NCBI GenBank assembly: GCA_951406725.2
Contig: OX597816.1
Location: 55,862,001-55,926,000 of the forward strand
Direction of reading: 5' to 3'
DNA: 64,000 bases
Source of the DNA: Octopus vulgaris
Taxonomy: Eukaryota
Shown: positions 31,050 to 45,050 of the stretch, piece by piece
Layout: each line of letters opens with the position of its first letter
Position numbering within the stretch: position 1 is the stretch's first letter
Translations under genes and position numbers: made by a program
The notes under the pieces: generated by a model
Told to the model about the DNA's origin: nothing
The model's database searches: none
The model's input: only the letters and a program-made list of their open reading frames with translations

Positions 31050-31930
31050 ATTTTTTTTATAATTTCGATTTTCCGATCACATTACACGATTTCATTTCAC
31101 AATATTCTTACATTTTCATTATCTATCACTCCCTCTAGGGAATATCCTATACCAGTACCAGCTCTTAACTCAATGTTGCAAGAATGAGAGTATACACTCT
31201 CATTCTTGCGATATTATTGCTTTGGGCGTCAGATTCGTTCACAAGTTCTCAATGCAGTCTCACAGTTTACCTCATGATCTGTACATGCTACTTTCAGCGG
31301 TATTGCCATTCCTGTTTTTGGAATAATTTACCCTAAGCCCTTCCAGGGCAGCACAGATAAGTGATTCTCTCTCTGGCTTCAAGTCTCTCTTCTTTTGGTC
31401 ACAGCCACCTTTCATCCACATTTGCATTCTTTTTTACGTCTTTCGCAAACTGCCCCTACGTCTTTTTTCTTTCCATTTCTATTGTCTTGCCCTTTTAAAT
31501 TTTGTTTTGTACACCTCTGACTGCTTGCAACCATCTGTCCTGAATATACCAAACATTCTCACCCGAACCATCAAGTATCCTACGCCATTCTTTGTATGTC
31601 ATCCTAAGTTACTTTCCTCTGAGAATATGCAATATTCATATCTGATTTTCTATCACGCGTCATTCTGGCAGGTTAGATACAAACTGTCAATATAGTTGTT
31701 TTCGTGATTTCCTGTCTATCCTCTGTAACTCCACTTCCCTTCAGTTGTTAAAATCTGCACCTTACCAAAATAATGCATTAACCCTACATTCGTTGCTTGA
31801 AACTTATTTCTCGCGTTCAGTTTTGACCGCCGCACCAGTCTAAGACATCGGAGATATTCTGGCCTAAAGCTTTTCTTTATTTCTTTTCCCATCATTTCAT
31901 TCATTTCCAAAATACCCAAATATTTACCGT
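31050..31930 (-). mobile_element. Degenerate R4/Dong-like LINE fragment
   Basis: KYLGILE...EYLRCLRLVRRSKLNARNKFQATN, then LKPERESLICAA. Confidence 0.7.
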
Positions 31931-31964
31931 CGTCATTATCATCATTATCACCACCACCACCACC

Positions 31965-31998
<34 letters not shown>

Positions 31999-32682
31999 TC
32001 ATCACTCAAGTAAATGTACGCATATGACGCAGAGTTTGTTAAGAAATTGATCTTTCGACAAGTATTTATTGAAAAGAAATATTTTCTCTGAACTGCAATT
32101 CCGGAATATTGACAGAGTATTTCGTATTAATTAAGAATCAACACTAATTTCCTGGAACGGAAAAAAGTTCATCTTGGCAGTATTTTATTTCACAGCATAT
32201 TTTCGCCATATTCCCGTTAGAAATATTTCCCCGCGTAGAAAGTTGAATATGAAAAAAGTTATTTCTGTAATTTATGACAGGAAAAGGGAATAACTGTTGG
32301 GGACAGGAATAAGGAAGAAATATTGTTCTATACGCCTGCGCACAAGCTAGTTACCCTACACGTGAGGAAAACGGAAAGGGTATGACTACATACGTTTGGT
32401 TTGTCATCAAGCCAAATGCAAGCGCCGCACAAAATAGCTCCGTATGAATACTTCCTAATTTACGTTGTATTTACACCTCACTTAATGAACGCGTATGAGT
32501 TTATTCTGATTTGTAGGACAGAGAATAATACTCAGATGTAATATGTTAGGGTCACTTAATGCTTTTTCTAGTTAGAAGGACAGGAAAATCAAAACGGAAA
32601 ATTCAGAAGACAAAAACCCAAAACTAATTATGGAACTAGAAGCGAAGACTGACTCAGTAAAACCCATGGGTTACTGGGAGAG

Positions 32683-32748
32683 ATAACTGATAAACTCCTC
32701 CTCATTTTGTGTAGTACTACACAAAATGAGAACGAGTTTATCAGTTAA
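32683..32748. repeat. Near-perfect ~66-bp palindrome
   Basis: taactgataaactc..ctcattttgtgtagt|actacacaaaatgag..gagtttatcagtta. Confidence 0.9.
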
Positions 32749-32795
32749 TAATGTTTAGTTATTCTCTAAAATGTCCCCTGCTATTTTATAAGAAA

Positions 32796-33196
32796 CTAGC
32801 AGTATCGCCCGGCGTTGCTCGGGTTTGTAAGGGAAATAACTATATAAGCATTTTAGAGAGTTATAGCCAAAAAATAGCAAAAAAATGCATTAAAAATGGA
32901 AAAAAAATGATGGTAATTTTTTTTTAAATCGTTGACTCATCGTAGACATTTTTAGAGAGTTATTTCCCTTATATAATAGTGAAAAAATGCATTAAAATGG
33001 AAAAAAATGATTGTAATTTTTTTTTTTAAATCGTAGACTCATTGTAGACGCGCGCTAATACCCAGAAGGGCTCGGTATGAATCATGACTATAAGATACCC
33101 GGTTTTGGTTAAACTGCACCGCAAAATGTGCGAGTAGTTAGGAATCTAAATCGTTGGAGACAGACACTCACACAACTTCACTTTTATACATATAGA
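32796..33196 (-). mobile_element. Non-autonomous Helitron (3' end shared with 16420-16803)
   Basis: TC start; 3' hairpin cccgagcaacgccggg plus CTAG; A|T insertion; internal ~100-bp tandem duplication. Confidence 0.85.
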
Positions 33197-33905
33197 TATA
33201 ACTCCACAGTATTTATTCTAGATTCCATCGTATTTAATTTAATATATGGATGTAAATCAGAAGTTTCATTGGCGAAATAATTTGCGAGTCGTTGGGAATC
33301 ATCAACACAGAAAAGTGAATTTACATCATCGTATCTACCAGTGGTAATGCATACATACCTGTCTCTGTGTCTGTATGTGTATGTGAGCATGTGTGTTTTT
33401 GTGTGGCCTAATGAATGTTGGTGATGGTAATATTGAGGCTATCATCATATATCACAACAAGCAATCACACCGAACGAGAATGCTCTTAATCTTAAACCTT
33501 TCTAGGTTTTTCCCGAGATTAATTTCGAATGAAGTAATAATTGCCAAGATATTTCCCTGTAATGCGATATTAGACGCTGTGAATAGCAATGTGAAACAGA
33601 AGAAGAAGAAGAAAAAAGAACAAGTCCACGGAAGGTTTTCATTGGCTGGTGTTCTTTACATGCAATATCCTTTTCGTGTTAGAGATATCTTCCATCTATA
33701 CAAAGAATTTGATTATCTAAGAATATGCAATCATGTCATACACCTTTTAGAAATCGATGCAAGCCATTTCAAGTTGTGTCACAAACTAAAGGAATCCTAG
33801 AGAATTGATTTATTTGTCTGTGGCTAATTTTATTTTGGCATTTTTTACGCTTGCGTCAGCAGCCTACATTCCTTTGTAACCGTAATATACGTTGGCTATG
33901 GGCAG

Positions 33906-33918
33906 TGTAGTAGTAGTC

Positions 33919-33984
<66 letters not shown>

Positions 33985-34027
33985 AGGATGATGACGATGA
34001 TAATGATAAGGGGGGAAGAAGAAGAAG

Positions 34028-34058
<31 letters not shown>

Positions 34059-34086
34059 GGTGGCAGAAATAGAAGAAGAAGAAGAA

Positions 34087-34118
<32 letters not shown>

Positions 34119-34260
34119 AGAGGTAGAAGAAGAAGCAGAAGAAGAAGAAGAAGAAGAAGAAGAAGAAGAAGAAGAAGAAGAAGAAGAAGAAGAAGAAGAA
34201 GAAGAAGAAGAAGAAGAAGAAGAAGAAGAAGAAGAAGAAGAAGAAGAAGAAGAAGAAAAG
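33906..34260. repeat. (TAG)n and long (GAA)n microsatellites
   Basis: Seen directly. Confidence 0.98.
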
Positions 34261-34261
34261 A

Positions 34262-34633
34262 AGCATGTCCCTTGGTGGCTGACGATATGTACCTCTCTGA
34301 TCACGGGAAGATGTAGTGGAAGAGCATAATAACCATGTGTTGAGAAGAATTCTATGGGGTCTGAATAATTCAACTCTTGAAATATGGGTGTTTCGTTCAA
34401 CGTCCTTAAGCAACCCTTATTCGGGATCTTTTGATCGGAATGGGCTATTCGACGTGAAGAAAATTCTAACTAGGCACCACTTGCAAGGTTATACGCTGTT
34501 AATCTTGATATGAGATCACCATGTAGCGCACATCTGGCTGTGATGCATGTGCCTAGTGTATCCTTATCAGACGGGTAGTTACGAAGGGTAAATTGGCTTT
34601 CATATATTTCTAACCATGTGTCTCTTTGATGAC
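34262..34633 (+). mobile_element. Non-coding interspersed repeat family D ending in (TAA)n
   Basis: Homologous to 63224-63561 and, in reverse, to 50826-51185; ends ctctc.actcaataa. Confidence 0.75.
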
Positions 34634-34740
34634 ATGCGCTGCTCTCTCACTCAATAACAATAATAATGATGGTGATGATGATGATGATGATGATGATAAT
34701 GATGATGATGATGACGACGATGACGATGATGATGATGATG

Positions 34741-34798
<58 letters not shown>

Positions 34799-34800
<2 letters not shown>

Positions 34801-35325
34801 CAAAGTCAAAGGTTTTGGAGTGGCATCTGGAGCAACTGGAAGGCCCCGAGACCAGATGGAGTTGAAGGTTACTGATCAAAAGATTTGGTGAATGTCATGC
34901 ACGAATAGCAGCACAACTCAACACCCAGTTAAGCGCCGACCAAGTAACACCAGAGTGATTGACATTGGGTAGAACAGAGCTGAGTGGCTTGAAAAACATC
35001 GAAAAAGGCAATTATGTAGAAATTATTGACTGGAATAGTCGCATAGCCAATGTACGGACGTCTGAAAAAAAACGGAGTCATGCCACATGAGCAGAAGGGG
35101 TACAAGCATAAGTGCAGAAGTACCAACGATCAACTCCTGATAGACAAGACTGTATTTAGAGACTGCAAGAGAAGGGAATCTAACTTAGCCATGTCATGGA
35201 TCGATTATCGTAAGGCGTCGATATGATTCCACATTCTTGGATTATGGAGTGTATGAACCTATTTGGTTTTGCATTGAATGTTGAGCGATTGCCTGGAAAG
35301 AGTATGGCGAAGTGGAGGACGGAAC
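34799..35325 (+). mobile_element. Internal RT fragment of a third R4/Dong-like subfamily starting out of (TAA)n
   Basis: NWKAPRPDGVEGY, EQKG, DQLLIDK, WIDYRKA, IPHSWI. Confidence 0.82.
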
Positions 35326-35450
35326 AGAGAATCCAACGAAAGTAAACATTCTAATTTTGGTTTTACTTGTAATATTTGTTTGTTTCCAGTTTGTAGTTAA
35401 ATGTGTGATCGATACATTTGTCTCGTGGCTAGGTACGTTTGGTTTCCAGC

Positions 35451-35858
35451 TTTCTCTTTTACTTGTTTCAGTCATTTGACTGCGGCCATGCTGGAGCACC
35501 GCCTTTAGTCGAGCAAATCGACCCCGGGACTTATTCTTTGCAAGCCCAGTACTTATTCTATCGGTCTCCTTTGCCGAACCGCTAAGTGACGGCGACGTAA
35601 ACACACCAGCATCGGTTGTCAAGCAATGCTAGGGGGACAAACACAGACACACAAACATATACACACACATACATATATATATATATACATATATACGACA
35701 GGCTTCTTCCAGTTTTCGTCTACCAAATCCACTCACAAGGCATTGGCCGGCCCGAGGCTATAGCAGAAGACACTTGCCCAAGATGCCACGCAGTGGGACT
35801 GAAGCCGGACCATTTGGTTGGTAAGCAAGATGCTTACCTCACAGGCACTCCTGGGCCT
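35451..35858 (-). mobile_element. SINE family B
   Basis: High similarity to 17851-18260. Confidence 0.9.
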
Positions 35859-35911
35859 AGATATTTTTAGATATTTATATTTTTTTAATTTAACGTCTCT
35901 GAATGCAATGT

Positions 35912-36349
<438 letters not shown>

Positions 36350-36353
36350 ATTT

Positions 36354-36520
36354 GTATTTAAAGGGCTAAAAAAAACACTACGTGGTCAGCCGTATGCTAG
36401 AAGTAGATCACCTACGATCAAACTACATAGAGAACATTCTTTTCTTTGTAGTTTGATCGTAGCTGATCTCCTTCTAGCATACGGCTGACCACATAGTGGT
36501 TTTTTATTTCTTTAAATATA
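36354..36520. repeat. About 165-bp imperfect palindrome
   Basis: cacta.gtggtcagccgtatgctagaag.agatca.ctacgatcaaactaca and its reverse complement around a short loop. Confidence 0.92.
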
Positions 36521-36624
36521 CACATGTATTAGAATTTTCTCTGATTTTTCAGATTTTTGTATGCTAGGCTACTGGTTTTAAATTGATATTAATTAAATTA
36601 ATATTCAATTTATCTCCCTCACTA

Positions 36625-36705
<81 letters not shown>

Positions 36706-36774
36706 AATGTATGTATGTATGCATGTATGTATGTATGTATGTATATATGTATGCATGTATATATTCAATATGTA

Positions 36775-37045
36775 AAGGCGCATGGGTTAGTGATTAAGGA
36801 ATTCAACTCATGACCTTCCGCTGGCGTATTGTGTCTCTTATTTCACGTTGCTCCAGTCCACTCAGCTGGTAAAAATTAGTTGGACTTTTGTCACATTCTG
36901 TCTTACGGTGAATCTCCCTGAGAATAACGTTTAGAGTCGGCGTATTTGTGATACGTTAGGCCACTTGCACGCGAATTTCCTAAACAGGCTTTTCTGTTGA
37001 TCCGATCACCCGGACCACCCGTCGACGTAACCGATCGACTAACAG
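36775..37045 (+). mobile_element. Degenerate SINE family C' (tail type 3)
   Basis: ggcgcatgggttagtgatta head; tail similar to the reverse complement of 38890-39050. Confidence 0.7.
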
Positions 37046-37334
37046 TTTATATATATTCACTGTATTGCTCACTAATACAATGCTCTCTTTTAATTTCCTC
37101 AGGTTGAGAGTTCACAGGACGAGGTGTCCTTTGTGTTTAAATACAAACGTTTAAGGAACAGAGGCAACCAACGAAATTAAAATGGTGCGGGGGAAAACGA
37201 GAAGCGAGATAGCGTAGCCATATTTAATGCGTTCTCACTGATTAGCTGAAGGTAATTGCTTCTCTCAAACTCTCAAACACACTGAATTCCGTCTACACAA
37301 ATAGCTGTAACCATCATCACTACCAGCAACATCA

Positions 37335-37719
37335 GTGGAGGCGCAATGGCCCAATGGTGAGGGCAGCGGACTCGCGGTCGGAGGATCGCGGTTTCCATTC
37401 CCAGATCGGTCGTTGTGTGTGTTTATTGAGCGAAAACACCTAAAGCTCCACGAGGCACCGGCCGGGAGGTTGTGGACCCCTGTTGTACTCTTTCGCTTTA
37501 ACTTTCTCTCACTCTTTCTTCCTGTTTCTTATCCCCGACTTCCTACGCAACCGCTGAGCCTGGATGCACATTCATCCATCCGTCGATGCTCTCGGTGTCG
37601 GGGGTTGACCTGCTTTCTCTTCTGCGGGTCTTACGAATAGCAAAGGACCACGTTTCGGACTTCTCTCATCTTGCGAGCTCTGGGACGAAGACCGTTTGCT
37701 CAACAGCAACAGCAACAGC
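37335..37719 (+). mobile_element. SINE family C, tail type 2 with (CAACAG)n end
   Basis: Same head as 2482; 13-bp TSD with one mismatch (accagcaacatca 37322-37334, accagcagcatca 37720-37732). Confidence 0.88.
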
Positions 37720-37955
37720 ACCAGCAGCATCAACAATATCAGAGAATGAAACTGTCAAGTCAATCAGCTGTACGGCTACTATTTTCTTGAAACAAATCTT
37801 CACGATACTGTATTCATCCCTTACACATCACCAGCATCAATTCTAATTCAATAAGAACATAACTACCACCAACATCACACCATTCAGGAATATATTTTTG
37901 GAGAACGAGAGAAATTTGGCTGCAATCACGAGCAGACAGTCGAGTAATAATGAAG

Positions 37956-38303
37956 CTCTCCCTCTCTTTCTCTCTCACTCTCTCTCTTTCTTCTCCTCTC
38001 TATTTGTTTCCTATTTCTCTCTGTCACTCTGACTATCTAGCTGGCTCTCTGTCTGTCTCTCATTCACTCTCTCCCCCTCCCCTCTATCTGTCTCTCTCTC
38101 CGTCCCTCTCTTTCTCTCTCTCTCTTTCCTCTCATCTCTCTCTCTATTCCTTTCCCTCTTTCTCTCTCTCTCTTTCGCTCTCTCTCTTTCCTCTCTCTCT
38201 CTGTTTCTTTCCCTCTTTCTCTCTGTCACTCTAGCTGTCTAGCTGTCTCTCTGTCTGTCTTTCCCTCATTCACTCTCTTCTCTCCCCTTCTCTCTCACTC
38301 TCT
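37956..38303. repeat. Degenerate (CT)n polypyrimidine tract
   Basis: Seen directly. Confidence 0.92.
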
Positions 38304-38886
38304 CATGTTGTGTATTCACAAAGTGATTAATTAAAAACCAGTTTCCACAAACTATTTTCCATTTAGAAAAATGACAATATAGAAGGTTTGCTGTAGCTTG
38401 GGCTGATTCATGCAATGTATTAGAAATAAAAAGAGGTAGGAATCGTGTTTATGTTGTATTTTGCTTTTTGCTGTTTTTCATGCTTGTGTTTTCTTTTGGG
38501 GCTTCTTCGTTTTGTTTTGTAAACACTGCTTGCGTCAGAATAAGCACCTAAAAATCTGTCACATGTCACTCGTTCGCGGGAAACGGTTGGTTTCTCGAAT
38601 AACAGATTATTATTTTGTAATCTTGCAAGGTGTTGGAAGACGTCTCGTTATTTAGGTTTAATGAGGAATTTAAAGGTTTCAAAGATAAGCGATACACACT
38701 AAATGTATAAGTAAGTGACTGTCGGAAAGCACGCAAGAATATAAGTGAGAGTCGGAAAGCTCGCAAGAATATAATAATAAAGGTCGTTACTGTCTGATGC
38801 CATTATTACTGAATTAAATTCATATATATTTTCGTAGTTTGGAACGGTCATTCTACCAACATAAACACACTTTCTGATTGTAGTTT

Positions 38887-39204
38887 GGAAGCACTCCGTC
38901 GGTTACGACGACGAGGGTTCCGGTTGATCCGAATCAACGGAACAGCCTGTTCGTGAAATTAACGTGTAAGTGGCTGAGCACTCCACAGACACGTGTACCC
39001 TTAACGTAGTTCTCGGGGATATTCAGCGTGACACAGAGAGTGACAAGGCCGGCCCTTTGAAATACAGGTACAACAGAAACAGGAAGTAAGAGTGAGAGAA
39101 AGTTGTGGTGAAAGAGTACAGCAGGGATCACCACCATCCACTGTCGGAGCCTCGTGGAGCTTTAGGTGTTTTCGCTCAATAAACACTCACAACGCCCGGT
39201 CTGT
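38887..39204 (-). mobile_element. SINE family C (5'-truncated), tail type 3
   Basis: Head body same as 2482 and 37335; 10-bp TSD attgtagttt at 38877-38886 and 39205-39214. Confidence 0.88.
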
Positions 39205-41019
39205 ATTGTAGTTTATACTTTATTGTTAAATACACTCAGCTTTTATTGTGTGTGTGGTTTCTTGACAGAACTTCTTTCTCTCAAATAACAACATTATGTA
39301 CACACAATACACATCACCAAAATTGTGAAAAATAGACAAACATGAATTGGTCTTATGTATAATCTAAATCTTGTTATTTCTCAATTTTCTTAAAATAATT
39401 GCCTTCAATTGGTTTTTAATTACTAAATTTCCGAGTTCATAAACAGATATGTGTGTGTATGTGTGAGTGTGTGTACTTATGTTTTGTATATACTTGCATA
39501 TATGTAGATGCATGTATATGTATACGCAAACATATATGGATATGTTTGCGTATGTGTCATCAAAGAAATTCATTTTTTAAATAAATTTTCTATAAAAAAA
39601 TTATATCAAAGAAATTAATTAGGTGTAAATTTTAAAATAAAATAAATGTAATACCTATCCCTATATATGTGTGTGTATAGGAACGTGTGCATGTGTATTC
39701 TTGTGCATATTAATAGTATGTGTGTATGTGCGTGTTTGTGTGTGTTTTAGACGTGCAACACAGCTAACGATTATGGAATATATGATGTAATAATATATTT
39801 TTTTACAATCGAATCTGATATTCAGTCGGATATTCGATATACACTCTGTAATATATTCAAATGCATAGAAAAGCGAAGGAGAAATCGGAGATCAGACGAT
39901 TGAAATTTGAACATACATGGAGCAAGATTTGACTATGACGCTATCCCATTCGAAATAGCAACATTTCAATATGTATGCGCGCGCGTGTCTGTGTGTCTGT
40001 GTGTGCCTGTGTTTGTGTGCGTGCACACGCTTGAGTGCGTAAATATTCGTATTAATGTAATGCTAGAATAAAACCAGAATAATCAATACCTTGCGTTAGC
40101 GTACACATTTGTCATACTCTCGAAAAACAAGGGGCTTACAGTAACTTCGAAGGCAGTCTTCTTCCGCTTTTGTAAAATTTTCAAGTTTTAAGTTTTAATT
40201 TTCTAAACTCTTCATTAATAGGTAGCACTCTGTTATAACTGTAATTCTATAAGTTCGAACTTATTATTTGATAGCCACCGTGCTCTTCCCACTACTTCCA
40301 ACCAATACCCACAGAATAACCCTAAATTTCTGCGTTTCTCTATCCCCCTGGTCATTAACCATTAGCAAGAGACTCCCATATCCCGACCCTATACCTGATC
40401 AGTTCGTATGCCTTTATTTTTGTTTTTATTTCATTTTTATTTCTCTTTCAGCCTCACGTTTAATTTATTTATCTTCTCTATTTTCTCTCATCCTTGTTTT
40501 ATGACCCTTCCTTACTTACCACAACCCAGAGCTTACCATAAATAAATTTTCCCTTCGAAGCCCCTGCAATCTACCCAGGATCTAGTCTAACAGACTCCTT
40601 CTCACCCGAACCCCTGACATTAGATATCAAATTACACACTTTAGAGAACTACATCCTTCACTTAAACTGCTAACATTGTTGCTCATTCTCCCATTCAGAG
40701 CTGGACTCGACAGATTCCAGCCACAATCCTGCTGTATTCTTGGGAGATTCTTATATTTTGTAATATTACTTCTCGTCTGATGATTACAGTTTTTTATACG
40801 GTTATAATTTTCACATTCATCTATCAAAAAGTTATCTATGGAACAGCTGTAATATGGAAACCGCAGTGGGAAGGAATACGCTTGGTGTGACCGTACAAAG
40901 GACAGAGAGGGAGAGAGGAATAAAGTCACCTTGCTCTCTGGAGTGGATAGTTCTGGGGATCTACGTGCTCTCAAGCTGAGATTGTTACTTTTAAGTCACT
41001 GATATAATTGGATGCATTG

Positions 41020-41212
41020 CCGGATTCATTTACCAGGTGCAACGTGAAAGTGAAGTGTCTTGCTCAAGGAAACAACGAAGTCGATCTCACGATCGAAAGC
41101 AGAATACGCTAACCACTAAGCCACGCGTGGCTGTATGGTAAGAAACTTGCGTACCAACCACATGGTTCCAGTTTCAATCCCACTTCGTGGCTATTTGGGC
41201 AAGTGTCTTCTG
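41020..41212. mobile_element. Head-to-head SINE C' (minus) and SINE B (plus) head fragments
   Basis: taaccactaagccacgcg overlaps gtggctgtatggtaag...tgggcaagtgtcttct. Confidence 0.6.
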
Positions 41213-41292
41213 TATTTCTTGCATTTGAAGGAGAGGTGGTGCAATTAATTTCTTTATATTTTTTGTTTATTCATTTATTGTGTAATGTGTTT

Positions 41293-41464
<172 letters not shown>

Positions 41465-44400
41465 GTCTTTAGTTTAATGTTTCTGAATGGATTTATTTGA
41501 AAAAATAATTAAAGATGTATCTTTTAGCTACATTTCTAAAGAATAGTGCTTTCCACAACTAAGTGATATTAAGGGACAGCATGACTAAACTTGTGATACC
41601 GTGTTAATCGGGCATGCCCCTAATCGCTACTGTATATTTTCTTAAGTGGGTCTGCCTCTAATCTGGAAGTTTCATAATAATTTATCGTGGCACTGAAATA
41701 ACGACATTCTGTCCGCTCGATGTGACACTCAGCCGTGTTATGTCAATTGAGCGTGTGTCACTAAAGTAGTTTCATGCCGTCGATGGGACGTGACTCGAAG
41801 GTAATTTTGTCATTTGGACGTGACAGTTTCGCGCTTTCAGTTTAGTGATAGCCATAGTTCTTTTGATATCCGCTGGAAGAAGTTATGTGCATTTGAAAGT
41901 GTTTCGATTACCAACTGTTGTTTTAGGATTGACGCTTTATGGCAGTTTCCCCCCTCCCCTTTTTAATATTAGTAAGTTGTTGCCCGTGACTTGTCGAGAT
42001 TTTTGTTATTTTACATAGAAACATTTCGAATGTATATGAAGTTAGGAAGTACAATGGTGAATGTTCTTTATTTGGTATCTTTTGATGATTGTGTATTTGC
42101 GCGCGCGCGTGTGTTTGTCTACCTGTGTATGTGATCGCGCTCAGACGAGAACTCTTATTTCGCGTTCGCTTCAACCTGCCATTTTGTGGAAACCTTGCCG
42201 CATCTACTGTTCTTCTTGCCATAGATTTTGTTTTTAAACGTCAGAATATCTGTCTTTTATCTTCGTTAACGATTGCAATATATGACACTAAATAACTACT
42301 TCTTTGTGTATTTTTTTTTTCTTTCAGCAAAACGGCTAAGTTGCAACAGGTATTTGCTTATATGATATCTTTTCCATGATTAATTATTAAACGTGTCTCA
42401 CGTGCTGCTGCAATAAATAATAAAATTGTTAATTTGTCATACGCTCAAGACATTTGCAATATAGATTATCTGACATTTGTATAAACTAGGATTATCTAGT
42501 AAACATTTTTTTTTTTTTGATATGTTAAAAAATAGAAATGGAAAAATAAACCTGATGTAATTTTTAATTTTATTAGTCTAATTGAAAATGTTAATTTTAT
42601 GAATTCTACAGTGAGAGAAATGGCCGCTGTGACTTTGAGATACACAGCCACACATAGATGCACGTCTACCTACGTAATTAAAAGTTACAACTGATAATTT
42701 AATATCACTTCTATCAATCATTTACAATTAAATAGAGAATGGATATGTTCCTGAAGCTAAAGCCGTGCTTGAGTAAGATAAGAAGCATATGATTAATTCA
42801 TACCAAGAAATATTTGCTCTGAAATATAGTTTTATATACTTCATTGAATGTTATTTAATCTGAAGAAAATTAGTACTTTCCTCATGTGAAAAAAAATCTT
42901 AAAGCTACATTAGATAAAAGATTTAAAGGAAAAATGTTAAATAATAGATCAACTCTGGTACATTTATGTGCATCCAGTGTCGGATGCAAATTTCATCAAT
43001 TTGTGTATATATCGTTCTTCATGTTATTCTGTATACAGTTCCTTGATAATTAGATAGATCGATAGATACATAGATATTTTAGGGTTGTAATTTTCTAGCA
43101 AATTATTGGCTCAGAAATTGTGTATTCAAACTGTAAAAATTATATCACAGAAGATCCATTAATCATTTAAGTATAGAAGAAGGCGTATTTCATCATTGTA
43201 GCTACAGGGTTTCAATACTGAAAGAAATATCATTCCATGTGACGATGTGAAGTGGTGGAAGGAATTTTAACTTTGTTTGGAAACATACACACAGAACCCC
43301 TACGTAAAGAAGCAAAAATAAATAAAAATCTAAAAACAGATATGGAAAACGAAAATGATAAAACACACATGAAACGAAAGATATATGAGAAAAACAAAAT
43401 ATAAACAATATTATTGGATGAAAAACAACCGTGGTTCCAAGAATTGATGACGCGAGAGCGTTACGTTAACCGTGCAGCACACCAACCGAAGCAAGAAAGA
43501 CATATAGTAGTCTCCACAATAGAAATAATGACAGAGGAAGGAGCCACGATCCACAGATGAAAGTGATGAGAGAGAGAGAGAAAGAGAGGTGGAAGAATGC
43601 ATGCCATCCACATCAGCTTGACCGTGTGCGGCGAGTATTATTTGAGATCCATTGAGCAAATGAACACCAACGCAAACATTACACTGACAATTTGCATAAC
43701 AAGCATATTCATGATGTACTTTAGACTAAACGTAAGGATATTAAATAGTATTATACCCGTGGTTTGCCCCTAGTGGTGAAATATCGTAGGGGAGATAATT
43801 CCTTCTAGATTAACTTGACGGGATTGGAAATTTAAATCAGAGTAACGAAGAATATTATTTCTGTTCTTTCTTTTTTTTTTTTGTTTCTTACATATAAAGG
43901 TGTTAAATTTCCTAGTTGTTGGCAGCCATATATAACTTGATTTCACCCTTGTTTTTGAAACTTGTTTGGGAACATACATACAGATCGCCTACGTAAGGAA
44001 AAGCAAAACTAATTAAAACTAGAAAGGATATGTTGTGTGAAATCTATAAAACGGCATAGCGCGAGACAATTAAATGAGGCAACAGTAAACATTTTATTCG
44101 GCTAGACAATCCTAAAAGAGAGAAAGTAGTTTACAAATTAAAACGCATTAATTAGATGTTGTTTTTTTTTCAGCTAAGTCATTGATAGTTCGACAATAGA
44201 GTTAAAAGAGAGAGGAAAGAAAAAAAATTAATAAACACTTTCTCCCCATGTATTTATATTTCCTACGACATATCTCAGTTCTGTTTATTAATCATTATTC
44301 TCAAATTTCAATACACAACTCAATTACAAACTTCAAAGAGCACTGAATGTCTTTAAATTATCAGTATCTAAACCTAAGCTACAAGTATTTATTTAGCATA

Positions 44401-44579
44401 TTTACAATATCGTTGCCTAATCCTTTATCTCATCAGACTATTTAGCTTTGCGCAAAAGTTTTAACGCATAAGCTATTCATTTGATTGATGATTTCAATAA
44501 TGCACACAAAACTCTACCCCATATAAAAGAATGGTTAAGACATGTGGTTAGATGTGTTGTGACTTTTGTTTTAAATGTG

Positions 44580-45050
44580 ATATAACACATATTCTAAACC
44601 GTGTTTGCTAAATTTGTGCTTCCTTTTCAAGAATGTTTTAGTTTCTTTACTAAGCTTAGCAACGTTTGTCACTATAGAATCAAGACAAGTAAGAGTATCG
44701 ACTGTTTTAAGAGCTTTGCCTTTAACATACGCTCTGGGCATAACCTCAGAATTACAGCCAGGCTGCGGCTGAAAAGGAAGCTCTGTCTTATCTTTTTTGT
44801 GGTTATGATTAAGCAAAACTATTTGGCTGCTGCAGCAAATTCACTGGCAATCTATTGAATACCTTGAAGAGGATGGGAATTTAGTGCAGAGACATGCATT
44901 TTCCAAGTATTTCATAGTTTGAAACGAAATCCTTTTTGCTTTTTGCATTGATGATTGTAGATACCACCAGTGATGCAATATTCCAAAGGGATGTCTTCTG
45001 TCATACCAACAGACATACTCAAACATAACTGCAAAGAATAAGAGAAATAA
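44580..45050 (-). mobile_element. Ancient RTE-like RT remnant
   Basis: PRAYVKGKALKTVDTLTCLDSIVT resembles the P.I...G..L..VD.F.YLGS motif. Confidence 0.5.

Noticed and set aside
41722-41761. gtgacac...gtgtcac hairpin as a miRNA
   Set aside because: Stem too short and bulged for a pre-miRNA, and I recognise no mature sequence.
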